The notes beneath the pieces are model-generated. The model did not search any database, had not been told where the DNA came from, and was given only the letters and a program-made list of their open reading frames with translations. From assembly GCF_009914755.1 (NCBI RefSeq), contig NC_060944.1: a stretch of 64,000 nt of DNA, one strand, 5' to 3'. This document shows positions 1 through 13,515 of the stretch, piece after piece. This DNA is from the human T2T-CHM13v2.0 reference genome, Homo sapiens. Position 1 is the first letter of the stretch; each line of letters begins with the position of its first letter. The translations under genes and the position numbers were made by a program.

Positions 1-216
1 CTGGCCAACATGGTGAAACCCCGTCTCTACTAAAGATTTAAAAAATAGCCATGTGTAGTGGTGGGCACCTGTAATCTCTACTCGGAGGCTGAGGTAGGAG
101 AATCTCTTGAACCTGGGAGGCAGAAGCTGCATTGAACTGAGATTGCACCACTGCACTGCAGCCTGGGCGACAGAGTGAGACTCTGTCTCAAAACAGACAA
201 ACAAAAACAAAAAACA
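1..216 (+). mobile_element. Alu, cut by the window edge
   Basis: ctggccaacatggtgaaacccc...gagactctgtctcaaaa. Confidence 0.92.
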
Positions 217-692
217 GGTGCCTCTAGCCACTTAGGTCCCAACTAAAGCAAAAAGGGAAAAAGCATCTTCCTGAGAGACAGACCACTCCAAGCCTGAATT
301 ATCCAGGGTAGTAGCCAAGAGAAGCAGAGCTAGAATCCAGTCCTACAGCCTTAGTGAAGACCCAGGAAGCACTGGTAACAGAAGTCCAGCACTCGGTATT
401 TCATAAGGATCTTTTATACATAGATCTGACTTAATCATCATAGTGATCCTGTATGGTGGGTATCTGCATTTCACAGATGACAAAATAGAGGTGTAGAAGT
501 TTCTAGAAGAAGCTGGAGCTATTTACCTAAGGGATATGAATTGATTCTTGTGAGTTGTTACGTCTTTAGTTGTCTGTAGCCTTCGATTGGAGGCAGCTCA
601 TGCTAATCTGGTCAGCCTACATGTAACTGGATATTCTAGCCTTTAAAGGGTGTTTGTCCTCTGTTAGAGGCTAGGACTCCACCTCAGGTTAG

Positions 693-1505
<813 letters not shown>

Positions 1506-1863
1506 TAAGTTCTCTGGCACAGGACTTGTCACTCAGCTTTGTCATGTCAGAGGACAGGGTCCCTCTGTGGCTGAGACTTTGTAACTTCAGTCAGTTGCTG
1601 AATAATCCAGAGTACTTCTGCTGACAGTGGCCTGAGCGGGTGGGGGGGAAGTGACGGGCAGAATTTGGTGTAGCCACACCTGAGACTGAGCCTCCCCTCA
1701 GCCCCGTGTCTGGCACCATCATGGTGGGTGGGACCAGAGGGTACATGTGAACACAGACAAAGATTTGTTTTGGGGGTGAAGGTAGAGCTTGGTCAGGGGA
1801 AGCTGAAGAAAGTCATATATCAGGAACAGCCCAGGAGTTAGCCTGTCTGTCCCCTTTCCACAG

Positions 1864-1952
1864 CAACAGGTGAGAAGAAGGAATGCTGGTCGTGGGAGTC
1901 CTACCTAGAGGAGCAGAAGGCCATTACTGCTCCAGTCAGCCTCTTCCAGGAC
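1864..1952 (+). CDS. L3MBTL1: L3MBTL1 internal coding exon, start of MBT repeat 1 (ATGEKKECWSWESYLEEQKAITAPVSLFQD); upstream exons lie outside the window
   Basis: cccctttccacag acceptor, GAC|GTGAGT donor, 89 nt phase 1-0; MBT arm motif W-S-W-E-S-Y-L. Confidence 0.93.
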
Positions 1953-2470
1953 GTGAGTTGGACAATTTCCCCGTAGGAACAGCTTGTCTTCCTAGCCTAG
2001 GGACACACCACCAACCTCAGGCCTTCTGGCGTTTTCTGTGTCAGGCATGCCTCAGTGGACTGGCAGAATGGAAAGGGAGAGACTGTTTAGGGGCCCAGAG
2101 TGGAAAAGGGCCCGCCATAAGGGGCTGGCAGGGTGGGAAGAAACAGAGAGGTGGAAGCTAGGCTCACTCATCACTGGGCCTGCAGACTTTTGAATTCTGG
2201 TGACTTCTACTCAATTCAGCATTGATCTTTCCATGACTTTGGTGAGAGGGAGCCCTTGAGTCCAGCCCTGACTCACCCACATTTTTCAAGGGACCTGGGA
2301 GATATTCTCTCTCTCTCTCTCTAGATCCCTGTAGTAACGATCCCCAAATAAGTTGCCCCTTTGGAAATACCAGGCGGGTGGGGCCTAAAGGCAGCTCCTT
2401 CACCCCAAGCCCACTAGGCAAGGATAAGGCTGGATGGAAGCTGGGTCCTCTCCACTCTGTGCGTTGACAG

Positions 2471-2575
2471 TCCCAGGCAGTCACTCACAACAAGAATGGC
2501 TTCAAACTGGGCATGAAGTTGGAAGGCATTGACCCTCAACACCCGTCCATGTACTTCATCCTCACCGTGGCTGAG
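2471..2575 (+). CDS. L3MBTL1: L3MBTL1 exon, MBT1 (SQAVTHNKNGFKLGMKLEGIDPQHPSMYFILTVAE)
   Basis: ttgacag acceptor, GAG|GTGAGC donor, 105 nt; GMKLE-x-D MBT signature. Confidence 0.96.
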
Positions 2576-3490
2576 GTGAGCTGGGGCTTGGTACCACCTT
2601 TCTGATGATGTCTCTCAGTGCAGATTGATGGATCTTGCTGGGGACATAGAAGGAAACACCTCCCTCCCCTCAGAGCACACACAATCTAGTAGTGGATGAA
2701 GCTGGAATACATAGAAAGCTTAAAACAACAAAAACCAGATGGAGTTCATGGGACAGTCCTATTATTGGATGAATGTATACTGTCCACTCTGGGGGAGCTT
2801 GAGGAGATCCCGAGGGCCAGGGATGTTGGCATGAGTCAAACAAGGTCCTTGTCCTCTAGGAGCTCACAGTTGTCTGGGGAATCAGCCAAATAAACATGTC
2901 AGTGACATGCCACAGGGGTGGCAGCAGACTTGAGCTGGGAGGCACAGTTGGGTCAGTTCTGTCTGAGGAGCAGCAAAAGCATAGAGGAAGGGCCTCCTTT
3001 GCAGAGTCTTGAGAGATAAGTTGTGAATAAGGAGGGAGCTCCAGGCAGAAGGAGCAAAGTGGGCAAAAGCCCTGGGGCATGGAACAGACTGCCACCTTCA
3101 AGGAATTGCCACTAGCTCAGCAAGACTGGAAGCAGAGTGCGAGTGGGGAGCAGTGAGAGAAGGTAGCAGAGGGAGCGGTCATCAGGAGCCCTCAGCAGTC
3201 CTGAGCCTTGGTGGCTGCCCTCAGAATTCTGTCCAGGGCTCAAAAGGGCAGGAAGCTGTCATAGGGTCCACCTCCCTTGCATCCAGAACTCAGGGCTCAT
3301 GAGTACATGAACTGTCCTCACTGTAGAATAGGACAGGGTGGGGTACAATTGGGAGGAAAGAAAGGTGGGGTTGGGGAACCTGCTAGCATTAGAGCCCCTG
3401 AGACCACCAGACTGGGCCAGGAGAGGTGAGGCAGATGGGGAGTGGGGCATCTCCTGACATTGGAGTTCCTGATTCCCCTCATGGGGCCAG

Positions 3491-3626
3491 GTATGTGGCT
3501 ATCGCCTACGCCTGCACTTTGATGGGTATTCTGAGTGCCATGACTTCTGGGTCAATGCCAACTCCCCTGACATTCACCCTGCTGGCTGGTTCGAGAAGAC
3601 GGGCCACAAGCTGCAGCCTCCCAAAG
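3491..3626 (+). CDS. L3MBTL1: L3MBTL1 exon, MBT1 end (VCGYRLRLHFDGYSECHDFWVNANSPDIHPAGWFEKTGHKLQPPK)
   Basis: ccag acceptor, AAG|GTAAGG donor, 136 nt; HFDG...FW...IHPxGW MBT core. Confidence 0.96.
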
Positions 3627-4004
3627 GTAAGGCCTAGCTGGGTTGGTCACAGTGAGGCAGTGAGTCCTCAGACCCTTCGCTTCTTCCCCTTGGGTCCCCG
3701 GCTTCCAGCTCTTTTGTTTTCTGACCCTGTACCCTGTTCCAAAGCCAGCCTCTCTTCATCGCATCCTGATGACTCTGCGCTGGGGCCAAGTTGACCAGAA
3801 GCCCTAGAACTTCCGCTTTGCACTTGCCCTTTGAGTGTCTACTCAAGTCGTGTCCTGCTTCAGTAGTGGGGGATCCCTGGGCAAGTTCTTGAGGGTTGTG
3901 GGGAGGTCCTCAGGCATGCCTGATTCTGCTGCTTCACTGTGGGGTGCCCTTGCTGTGGCCCAGCCTCTGCACGGCGCTCTGTTCATGCCCCTCGAGGGGC
4001 CTAG

Positions 4005-4096
4005 GTTACAAGGAGGAGGAGTTCAGCTGGAGCCAGTACCTGCGCAGCACAAGAGCTCAGGCTGCCCCCAAGCACCTGTTTGTGAGCCAGAGCCAC
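4005..4096 (+). CDS. L3MBTL1: L3MBTL1 exon, MBT2 start (GYKEEEFSWSQYLRSTRAQAAPKHLFVSQSH)
   Basis: cctag acceptor, CAC|GTGAGT donor, 92 nt; keeps frame with neighbouring exons. Confidence 0.95.
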
Positions 4097-4601
4097 GTGA
4101 GTGCCCCTGAGTGAGAGTGGATGTCACTCCCATGTGCCAGAGTTCACTGCAGCTGGCCCAGGGTATCTGACTCATCAGAAGGGAGCTCATGTGCTGGTTC
4201 TCTCAGCTTTGTTCTGATCTCTCATATCAGATGGGAGGGGTACAGCTGGGCAGGGTCCAGGGCCAGAGATGGGAAGCTGGTTATAGGTTTTTCCCGACTT
4301 CCCTCCCTCCTTTGCTACTGCAGATACCCTGTCCTCACATCCCCTTGGAGCCCCTGGCCCACTACCCTAGTCTGAGCACTGAGATGTCATTGCTCATATA
4401 TTCTTGCTTTGGCTTGCTCTGCAGTTCTTTGGTGTAAGGTCAATGCCTCTATTCTGGGAGCTTCTTTTTCTTTCCTTTTGCCCAACATTGAGACTCTTCC
4501 ATTTATTTCCAACAATTCATCCCTTGTCCTTTCCTCTGTTCAGGGCAGCTGGCAGCTTATCCAGCAGTTAAAGTATCTCATAATCCCAACCAAAAGGCCT
4601 A

Positions 4602-5255
<654 letters not shown>

Positions 5256-5979
5256 CCATATTGAATGTCTAGAGTTTCCCTGGGCCCAGGACTCTACCAT
5301 GCTCTTCAGGCAGAGACAGTTACTCCCCTACCCCAGTCCAGCCCCAGAGTTCATACTTGCAAGTTCCCAGGTGACAGGTGGGGTCCTGCCTGCTGTTGTG
5401 ACAACGAATGCCGACTTTTAATTCAAACTATTTAAATACTGGCCCCGCCATTGACTAGCATTGTGTTCTGGGCCAAGTGATTTAACTTCTTAAATGGGAA
5501 TAGGGTTGTTGTAAAGGTCCAAGGAGGTGATGTCTTTTGAAGCTTACATGGCAGGTACTCAGTTTATACTGGTTCCCTGTCTGCCTCTATGCCATAGATG
5601 TCCGCTGTTTCTTCCCAGCCACCCCACTGTTGCCACAACTGCCTCAGGACAAGCTGGGAAGGGCTTGTCTGGGTAGGGAAGATTTATACTTGGTTCACCA
5701 GGTTCTTTGGGCGAACGCATAGCCTCCTTCCAGGCACTTACCTTCTGACACAAGCCAGGCCTCTGAGTGCACCTTGGAGGCCAGAGGTTCCTGAGTGCCT
5801 CAGGGCTCAGGTTATGATTCTGCCCTGGAGGGCCCTCTTTCCCAGCTTATTTCTCCTTCCTTTCTCACTGCCCACACCCCAGGCTTTCCTAGAGAACCTA
5901 TTCCTTTGTTTGCCAATGGGCTCTGGGCTGGTCTTAGCCAGCTTGGCCCTGGCCGTGGCAGCTCCTTTTTTTCCCCTAG

Positions 5980-6132
<153 letters not shown>

Positions 6133-6548
6133 TAGTAGGAGGGCCCAGACTTGGCCTCAGGGGGTGAGGGGATGGCAGGGGGCAACTGCTTTCATATCTC
6201 AGGTACCATGTGGCACCACTCAGTCCAGTTCTGACATTCAGATCTTCCTCCGGTTGGAAGATAATTGAATTGAGCTTTATCATAAGAAATACAGCTCAAT
6301 ATTAAATGTTTCATCTAAAAATACCATGGTTAAGATGAGCAAGCCCCTATGATTCATGATTTTCCCTTAGATATTATGGTGATGGTAGAGTTTGTAATTC
6401 ATGTTGCAATTTTCTAACTTTGTCCTTGCCATCTGTCTCCCTCTCACTAAGAAGTAGATGAGGGTGGGCCCTGAGCCATGCTTTCAGAGGATGGCAGGCT
6501 CAGGGCCTCAAGTTTCTCTTGGGACAGTGACATGTTCTTGGATTTCAG

Positions 6549-6625
6549 GTGTGATCCCAGCAGCCCCTACATCCACCCAGTGGGCTGGTGCCAGAAGCAA
6601 GGAAAGCCCCTCACCCCTCCACAAG
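6549..6625 (+). CDS. L3MBTL1: L3MBTL1 exon, MBT2 end (CDPSSPYIHPVGWCQKQGKPLTPPQ)
   Basis: gatttcag acceptor, AAG|GTGACC donor, 77 nt phase 2-1. Confidence 0.95.
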
Positions 6626-7214
6626 GTGACCCTGCAGCCTGAGCAAGCCCCCTTTCCTAAGCCTGGCTCTGCTTCCCTCTCCACTGACCCCTCACCAGTA
6701 GTGCCCCAGTAGCTGGCTCTCTAGGGTCAGGGTGAGAGAACAGACATGTCCTGAAGCCTCAGCTTCTTGGCCTGGGAGTTGAGAACCCTTTGATTTTAGG
6801 AGACTCCTGTCAAACCCTGACTCCACTGGGGTTTAGGGGAAGAAAGTTACATGACCATCTCAGCAAGGAAACAGGGAATCAGAAGTAAAGAAAATGAGTC
6901 CTTCATCCTGGGAGTATTGCATTGGCCCAAATACAGTAGAGATTCAAATGGGGCTGGGGTGGGAGCAACAGGCCAAGAGTGACAGGAGTCAGGGTTCCCA
7001 GACAGCCCTGTGAACTATTAGGGTGGTGCCTTGCTTGGTTCTACTAGCACCCATCTGCCTGAGGAGCCCAGTGCAAGGAGCTGGCTGTGGTGATGGTGGG
7101 AGAGATTCTACTCCAAGGGCTTCTGTCCCTTCCATGTTCCTGGTCCTGCTTGGGGGCAGAGGGCTTCCGCAGTACACCTGGGTGGCTAGACATTGCTCTC
7201 ATCCTCTCCTCCAG

Positions 7215-7300
7215 ACTACCCAGACCCTGATAACTTCTGTTGGGAGAAATATCTGGAAGAAACTGGGGCCTCTGCTGTCCCCACCTGGGCCTTCAAGGTG
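7215..7300 (+). CDS. L3MBTL1: L3MBTL1 exon, MBT3 start (DYPDPDNFCWEKYLEETGASAVPTWAFKV)
   Basis: ctctcctccag acceptor, GTG|GTGAGT donor, 86 nt. Confidence 0.95.
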
Positions 7301-7490
7301 GTGAGTCAGTGCTCCCTGACCCCAGAGCTGAGCTCAGAAAGACATGGAGCACTCAGCTAGCCAGGCTGGGGCCCTAGCCTTCCCCTTTGGGCAGGCCCCA
7401 GTTTCCCCAGGCACAGCATTTGGGCTCCCTCTGTGGGGCTCAGCTCTGCTGAGCTGCGCCTTGCCCTGAAGGCAGCTGTCCCCTCTGCAG

Positions 7491-7601
7491 CGACCCCCTC
7501 ACAGCTTCCTGGTCAATATGAAGCTGGAGGCTGTGGACCGCAGGAACCCAGCCCTGATTCGCGTGGCCAGCGTGGAGGATGTGGAGGACCATCGGATAAA
7601 G
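7491..7601 (+). CDS. L3MBTL1: L3MBTL1 exon, MBT3 ([37 protein letters not shown])
   Basis: ccctctgcag acceptor, AAG|GTGGCT donor, 111 nt; MKLEAVD motif. Confidence 0.95.
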
Positions 7602-8034
7602 GTGGCTCTGGGACCCTAGGGCTGGGAAGTGGACAGGCCAGTTGGGCAGGAATTCTGTAGACTGTTTAGAGGTCAGGGGCATCATGGCATGAGAGAGATG
7701 AAGCCAAAGATCTTGAATCTCATTCTTGCCTCATCTGTGACTTATTTTTGTGGGCTTGGACAAGTCATTTTCCCTCTCTAAGCCTTACATCATCTGTAAA
7801 ATGGGCCTAATAATCCTCGTCCCACCTAAGGATTGCCAGTGGGAGATGCCAGTAACTTAATGAGTGATGCCCTTGGAAAATGTGGTGGCCAAGACAGATT
7901 ATTGCAGGGTTGGCCCCTTGGTTCTTTCAATCCAGGATCTTGCTTCTGACAGGTCCCAGGGATGGGGAGAGGACCTTCTGGCTGAGCTGGGCTCCATGAG
8001 AAACGCCTGACTTCCAAGAGCCTTTCCTCCCCAG

Positions 8035-8149
8035 ATCCACTTTGATGGCTGGAGTCATGGCTATGATTTCTGGATCGACGCTGACCACCCAGACATCCAC
8101 CCTGCCGGCTGGTGCTCCAAGACAGGACATCCCCTGCAGCCTCCTCTCG
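8035..8149 (+). CDS. L3MBTL1: L3MBTL1 exon, MBT3 end (IHFDGWSHGYDFWIDADHPDIHPAGWCSKTGHPLQPPL)
   Basis: tttcctccccag acceptor, TCG|GTGTGT donor, 115 nt. Confidence 0.95.
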
Positions 8150-9043
8150 GTGTGTACCCCTAGGGCACTCTGATCTTTTCCTTTCCCCCCAGGTTCTGAC
8201 AATCCTATAGTTTGCCTACAGAGCTCTGACTCCCCATGCCCAAATATGACACAGAGGGCTCTGATGCCTACCATGAGTTCCAGAATCCCCCATCTGCCCC
8301 ACCCCCGGACCATCTGCTACACTAAGCAGTGCTTCTGGCTACCCCAGTTGTCGGGGTTTGGGGTGTTGAGGTGCAAAGGGGCAAGCTCACTTGGTTGCAT
8401 GTGCTTCAGAGGTGGTCAGGCACCCAGGGATTTCTCTCAGCATCTAGCAGAGCCACACTGAGCGTGCACTGTTTGCTAAGGACATGATGGCTTCCTAAAG
8501 TAAATTCTGATTGTCTGTGCAGGCAGGGGTTAGAGTTCAGGTCACTGGGCTGCTCAGCCCCATTTTCACCCTTAGGATTTCCCTTCCTTATTTCCCTGCT
8601 GCAACCGTGTTTGTCTCACATGGGGTGTTGATCCTTCTTGAATGTTCTCCAAGCATAGGCAGAGCCTTAAAAAAGTTACCAAAGTCTTGGGGATGAAAAC
8701 AAGAAAAAGAACTGAGAGTGACATGAATCTGCCAGATGTGGCTTCTAAGGTATGGCTACACCCAACCAGCTCTGAGTGGCTCTTCTCCCCCAGAGTTCTC
8801 TCAGAGACTGAGGGCATAGCCTGCAGGTTTCAGCAAAGTATTAACATATGAGAGCTAAGCCCTCCTTACCCAGAGAGGGGCAGATATCCAGTAACACAGA
8901 ATGGTGTCACAGCCAACGCAGGGCCCTCATCCTTGGGGAGTGGGTTTCTAGTGCTGATCTCCCCAGTGGAAACTGCTCCTTCCGTGCCCCACACTCCCCA
9001 CCCCCAGGACTCCATGAGGACCGCCTCCTTTCTGCTCTTTTAG

Positions 9044-9143
9044 GACCCAGAGAGCCCAGCTCTGCCTCCCCTGGGGGCTGTCCCCCTCTCAGCTATAGGA
9101 GCCTGCCCCACACTAGGACCTCCAAATACAGCTTTCACCACCG
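9044..9143 (+). CDS. L3MBTL1: L3MBTL1 linker exon (GPREPSSASPGGCPPLSYRSLPHTRTSKYSFHHR)
   Basis: ctgctcttttag acceptor, CCG|GTGAGT donor, 100 nt phase 1-2. Confidence 0.92.
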
Positions 9144-9303
9144 GTGAGTGAAGGTTCCTGGTGAGAGACCCTCAGCGTTGTTTTGCACTTACTGCATGCA
9201 GGCGACTGGGGTCCACCAAAACACACTCCAGCTGGGACCAGGGCTGAGGAGGGCTCAGCGGGGACCAGTGGATTAAACCCAACTGAAGTCTCTTCTTCCC
9301 CAG

Positions 9304-9501
9304 GAAGTGCCCCACTCCTGGTTGCGACGGCTCTGGCCATGTCACAGGCAAGTTCACAGCTCACCATTGCCTCTCAGGCTGCCCACTGGCTGAGAGGAAC
9401 CAGAGCCGGCTGAAAGCGGAGCTGTCTGACTCGGAGGCCTCAGCCCGCAAGAAGAACCTCTCAGGCTTCTCCCCAAGGAAGAAGCCTCGCCATCACGGCC
9501 G
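9304..9501 (+). CDS. L3MBTL1: L3MBTL1 exon with C2HC (MYT1-type) zinc finger and basic NLS-like stretch ([27 protein letters not shown]...PRKKPRHHG)
   Basis: tcttcttccccag acceptor, CCG|GTATGG donor, 198 nt; [11 protein letters not shown]...H..LSGCP signature. Confidence 0.95.
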
Positions 9502-9615
9502 GTATGGAGGCCAGGGAATCAGGGCCCGGGCTTCCTGGGGGTGTGGGGCCTTGTAGCCTCTTGGACTGGGCCAGACACTGATTCCCTGCCATGGACCTGG
9601 TCCGTCTTTCTCCAG

Positions 9616-9665
9616 AATTGGACGCCCTCCGAAGTATCGAAAGATTCCGCAGGAAGATTTCCAGA
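9616..9665 (+). CDS. L3MBTL1: L3MBTL1 50-nt exon (RIGRPPKYRKIPQEDFQ)
   Basis: gtctttctccag acceptor, AGA|GTAAGT donor, phase 2-1 fits flanking exons. Confidence 0.92.
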
Positions 9666-10004
9666 GTAAGTCTGGGTTATCTGCTCCTATGTCCTCCACC
9701 ACAGAGTGTTCACAGCGAGTGCTCTGTCATTGGTGGGATGAGACAGATTTCCCAGAGTGGGAGAAGCTAGAAGGAGGGCTGTGCCTCTTCGTTTGAGATA
9801 CTGAGAGCACAGAGCAGTGGCAAAAGCAGTGGAGGGGCCTTGAGTGACCTTGGGTTCCAATCTCATGTCCCCCATGGCCTTGCTGTGAGTCTGTGGGGAG
9901 GGTACAGAGCTTCTCGGGGCCTTTGGTTCTCACTGTGCAGCAAGATGATGCTCCTGCTCTTCTCTGATTCTAGGCTTCCTGGGAAGGAGGCCATGGCCAT
10001 CACT

Positions 10005-10330
10005 TTCTACCTGTGTGATCTTAAGCAAGTCACTTAACATCTTTGAGCTTCAGTTTTCTCACTTGAGTAACTGGATAAAACCTGCCTTTCCATTGTCAAT
10101 ACCTGAAATAACAGTGGTTACTACCACTGCTTACTGAGCATCTACTATGGGCCAGGCACTATGCCAGGTTCTTTACACATACTGTGTCTAACTCTCACAA
10201 GAGTTCTCTAACATGTATATTGTTCTTCTGTGAGAGGAGGAATGTGAGTCTCAGAGGGTGATGTCACTTGCCCAAGGTCATTCACCTTGTAAGGGGGAGA
10301 GCTGGCATTCCAACTCGGATCTGGCCTGAC
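10005..10330. mobile_element. MIR fragments in opposite orientations
   Basis: tgtgatcttaagcaagtcacttaac...cagttttctca core, and tcacttgcccaaggtca on the other strand. Confidence 0.6.
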
Positions 10331-10414
10331 TCCTCCTGCTGCATGCTGCTGGTATAAGAGACATAAAGCACCTAACCCAAATGTCAGTTCACTTCTCACT
10401 CCCCTTGCACTAGC

Positions 10415-10811
10415 GTGCTTGCTGCTGTAACAAAAATACCATAGACTGGGTGGCTTACACAATAGAAATTTATTTTCCACAGTTCTGGAGGCCAGAAGTC
10501 CAAGATCAAGGTGTTGGCAGGCTTGATTTCTTCTGAAGCTTCCCTCCTTGGCTTGCAGATGGCTGCCTTCTTGCTGTGTTCTCACATGGTCTTTCTTCTG
10601 TGCACAAGCATTCCTGGGGTCCCATGATGTGTCCAAAGTGTCTCTTCTTGTAAGGATACCAATTGAATTGGATTAGGGCCCATCCTAATGACTTCATTTT
10701 AACTTAATCACTCTTTAAAGGCCCTTTTTCCAAATGCAGTCCCATTCAGAGGCACTGGGGGTTAGGGCTTCAGCATATGAATTTTGCGGGGACACATTTT
10801 AGCCCATAACA
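10415..10811 (-). mobile_element. ERVL-MaLR solo LTR (MLT1A/B-like)
   Basis: ctgtaacaaaaataccatagactgggtggctta...cagttctggaggccagaagtccaagatcaaggtg...ggggacacattttagcccataaca. Confidence 0.85.
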
Positions 10812-11049
10812 TACTTCAGCGGGAGGGGCATAGTGGCTGAGCCCTCCCCTAGGTGGTGAATTCATCTTACATCTTCAGCCACTAGTACAGGGCCTGATGC
10901 ACAGCAGGGACGCCTCAGTTGAATGGAATGCATGTCATTTTAAGGCTAAAAGAGACCTTGAGAAATCACCTGGTTTAGTGCACCTTGGCGAGACCCAAGC
11001 TGTCCCAATTCTTCAAGAACAGTCTCTGTAACCTGGGCAGTAAGTAACA

Positions 11050-11250
11050 TAGTGATAAAAAGCATAGCCCTGAAGTCAGACTACCTTTTACAGGCTGAGA
11101 GATCTTGGGTGGGTGACACTCCTCTCTGAGCCTCACCTTCCTTATCTGTAAAATGCTGATAATAATCGTACCCACCGTATGATGTGGTGAGAGGCTTAAC
11201 TGAGATGTTCCATGTGAGGTGCTTAGCACAGCTCCCTGCCAGTATTATTA
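11050..11250 (+). mobile_element. MIR
   Basis: ctctctgagcctcaccttccttatctgtaaaatg...gtgcttagcacag. Confidence 0.7.
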
Positions 11251-13357
11251 GTCTGAGTCTCTTGCCTCACTTCCTCTTGCTGTCATCTCATACTGTTTCC
11301 TCTTTGTGGGAACAGAAGCAGTTTCTTCAGCCTCAGACCTGAGTGATGAGGGTCTTGGCCAGCACCTAGACCCTCAGAGTAAGGACTCCTAAGGATCAAA
11401 CTGCAGTGGGCACCTCTTGTACCCATCTGTGGTACCCATGGTCAAGTCCACTGCAGGACCAAGTTCTGACCACCAGAGGGCACTTGCCTACTGTGTTCAT
11501 CCCAGAATTAGGCTGTAGAATTCTTGGGAAGCTACATCTTTCCAGAGGCTGAGACTATGTCACGGAACTGGCAAAGAAGGGCTCACCCAGATCCTTGAGG
11601 CACTTCAAGGATAGAGCAGGGGTCATTGCCCAGGTCTCACTTCCACAGGGCACCCCTGCTCTTCTAGCTGGCCTGTCACCCAGAAGAGCCACTGGTCACT
11701 CTGGGTTTTGTTCCAGAGGCAACTTCTTACATACTGGTGGGTAGACCTCCTTAGTGTAGGCTCTGAGGTTTGCTGGTGAACAATTCCATAGGAAGATCTG
11801 CCTGGAGAGGACAGGGCCTGGCTGGGCTTAGTCTTTAGGCCTAGGAGTGTCAGCTACTGAAGGAACTGAGGAGCCATGTCTGACCTGCAACTGGATGGTC
11901 TGCAGTTAGATAAGACACTGTAACTGCTGGTAAGCACTCCTGGCCTGTGCTCTTCCCTGTGCTCTGGGGAAGAAAGATAAGGAGAAAAGCTCCCTACAAA
12001 CTTGATGTTGTCTCCCAAACCCCACCCCAGGGTATGAAACCCAGATACAGGGTTTCAGAGAGGGAGTACCTGGGTGTACCAGAGGCCAAACCTGTGGCCA
12101 GGTAGATGAGGTGCTAGTGGTGCTAGCTGTCATGAGAGATGCTGAGTGTGCCCCAGACGGGCCATGAGAGGAGCTGGCTGAGCAGGGAGATGGGGCTGTC
12201 TGGGGTATGGGCAGGTATTAGGATTTCACTGATGAACAGAGAGAGCAGCAGGAAGGCAGTGGCACAGAAGTGTGGTTGGTAGGGCTGAGGATGGAATCCC
12301 AGAGGCTTTGTGGGTGAATGGAGGTGGAAAAGCCAGGCTGAAAGGCTGACACTCAGGGAGAGAGGGCAGGACAATCTGTGACCAACAGGGAGGGTCTTTG
12401 ACAAGAGGGCACTTGGAGGTGCTGCATTGATGAGCATCTGGAATTAGCACCAGGAGAATAAAGAGCCAATGCTCCTGGACCATGGACAGAGGCTGGGAAA
12501 ACCCCTTGGGAAAGTGGCCACATTGCACAAGGCCGGCCAAGGCTGACAGCAGTGAGTGGGGCCAGGTTTGTCAAAGCAGCCAGAGGGGGATGAAGTCCAA
12601 GTTGGCACGTGCCAGGCCCCACCAAGGGGGAGGCCAAGCTGAGCAGCATCGGTCATCAGCTCAGTACAGCTGCTTGAGGTAGGAGGTTGGGGCCAGTGAT
12701 CCCAGAGGCAGACCAGGAAGCAAAGCCACAGGCAACATGGAGCTGGGGAGTGGGTCAGGGATCACCCTCTAGTGCTGGCATAGGCAGTAGTACAGACCGG
12801 GCTGGTGGAGGAAGGGGAGGAACTGGAGCTTGAGGCAATGGCAGTGGCCAGAGGGGTGGTCTTCAGCCTGGTCAGGGGGACTGTGATTCTGAAGCAGAAT
12901 CACCCTGGCTCTGAGAAAGTTGGTCGTGGCCCAGAAGGACTCATGAGAAGAAGAGTAAACAGAGTGGACTTCTGACATCAAGGCTGAGCTTTTTTGGATG
13001 TTAAGGACCCTTTTGATGGTTGGCATCTAGAAAATTATGTCTTTAGAGATGCTGCAGCAGCTCCAAGAGAGTATCCTTGCAGGGCCCAGGGTGGTGCAGC
13101 CTCAGAGAGACGGGGTGAGGGTCATTCCGAATAGCTGACCTGAGAGTCTTTAAGAGAGTCACTTTACCAGCAGGAGTGAACACTGTGTGAGGAGTCAGGA
13201 GATACGGCTCACCCTCTTGACTCTACAGGCTGTCAGAAGGGGCCCGGAGTCCTGTCTACTCTGCCAGCCAGTCTCCTGAGTGGTGTGGGTATGCATGGGC
13301 TTCGGGAACAGTTTAGTCATCCTCGTTGGCCTGCCAGCCTCTGCCTCTGCTTTCCAG

Positions 13358-13515
13358 CCCTCACGCCCGATGTCGTGCACCAGTCCCTCTTCATGTCAGC
13401 CCTGTCGGCCCACCCTGACCGCTCACTCTCAGTGTGCTGGGAGCAGCACTGCAAGCTCCTGCCAGGAGTAGCGGGCATCTCAGCCTCGACAGTCGCCAAG
13501 TGGACCATCGATGAG
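13358..13515 (+). CDS. L3MBTL1: L3MBTL1 exon leading into SAM (TLTPDVVHQSLFMS...STVAKWTIDE)
   Basis: ctctgctttccag acceptor, GAG|GTGAGG donor, 158 nt; W-T-x-D-E-V SAM helix 1 start. Confidence 0.94.

Noticed and set aside
11900-13200. Stack of overlapping antisense ORFs in the long L3MBTL1 intron
   Set aside because: Purine-rich, old-repeat-like sequence with no domain, splice structure or consistent frame
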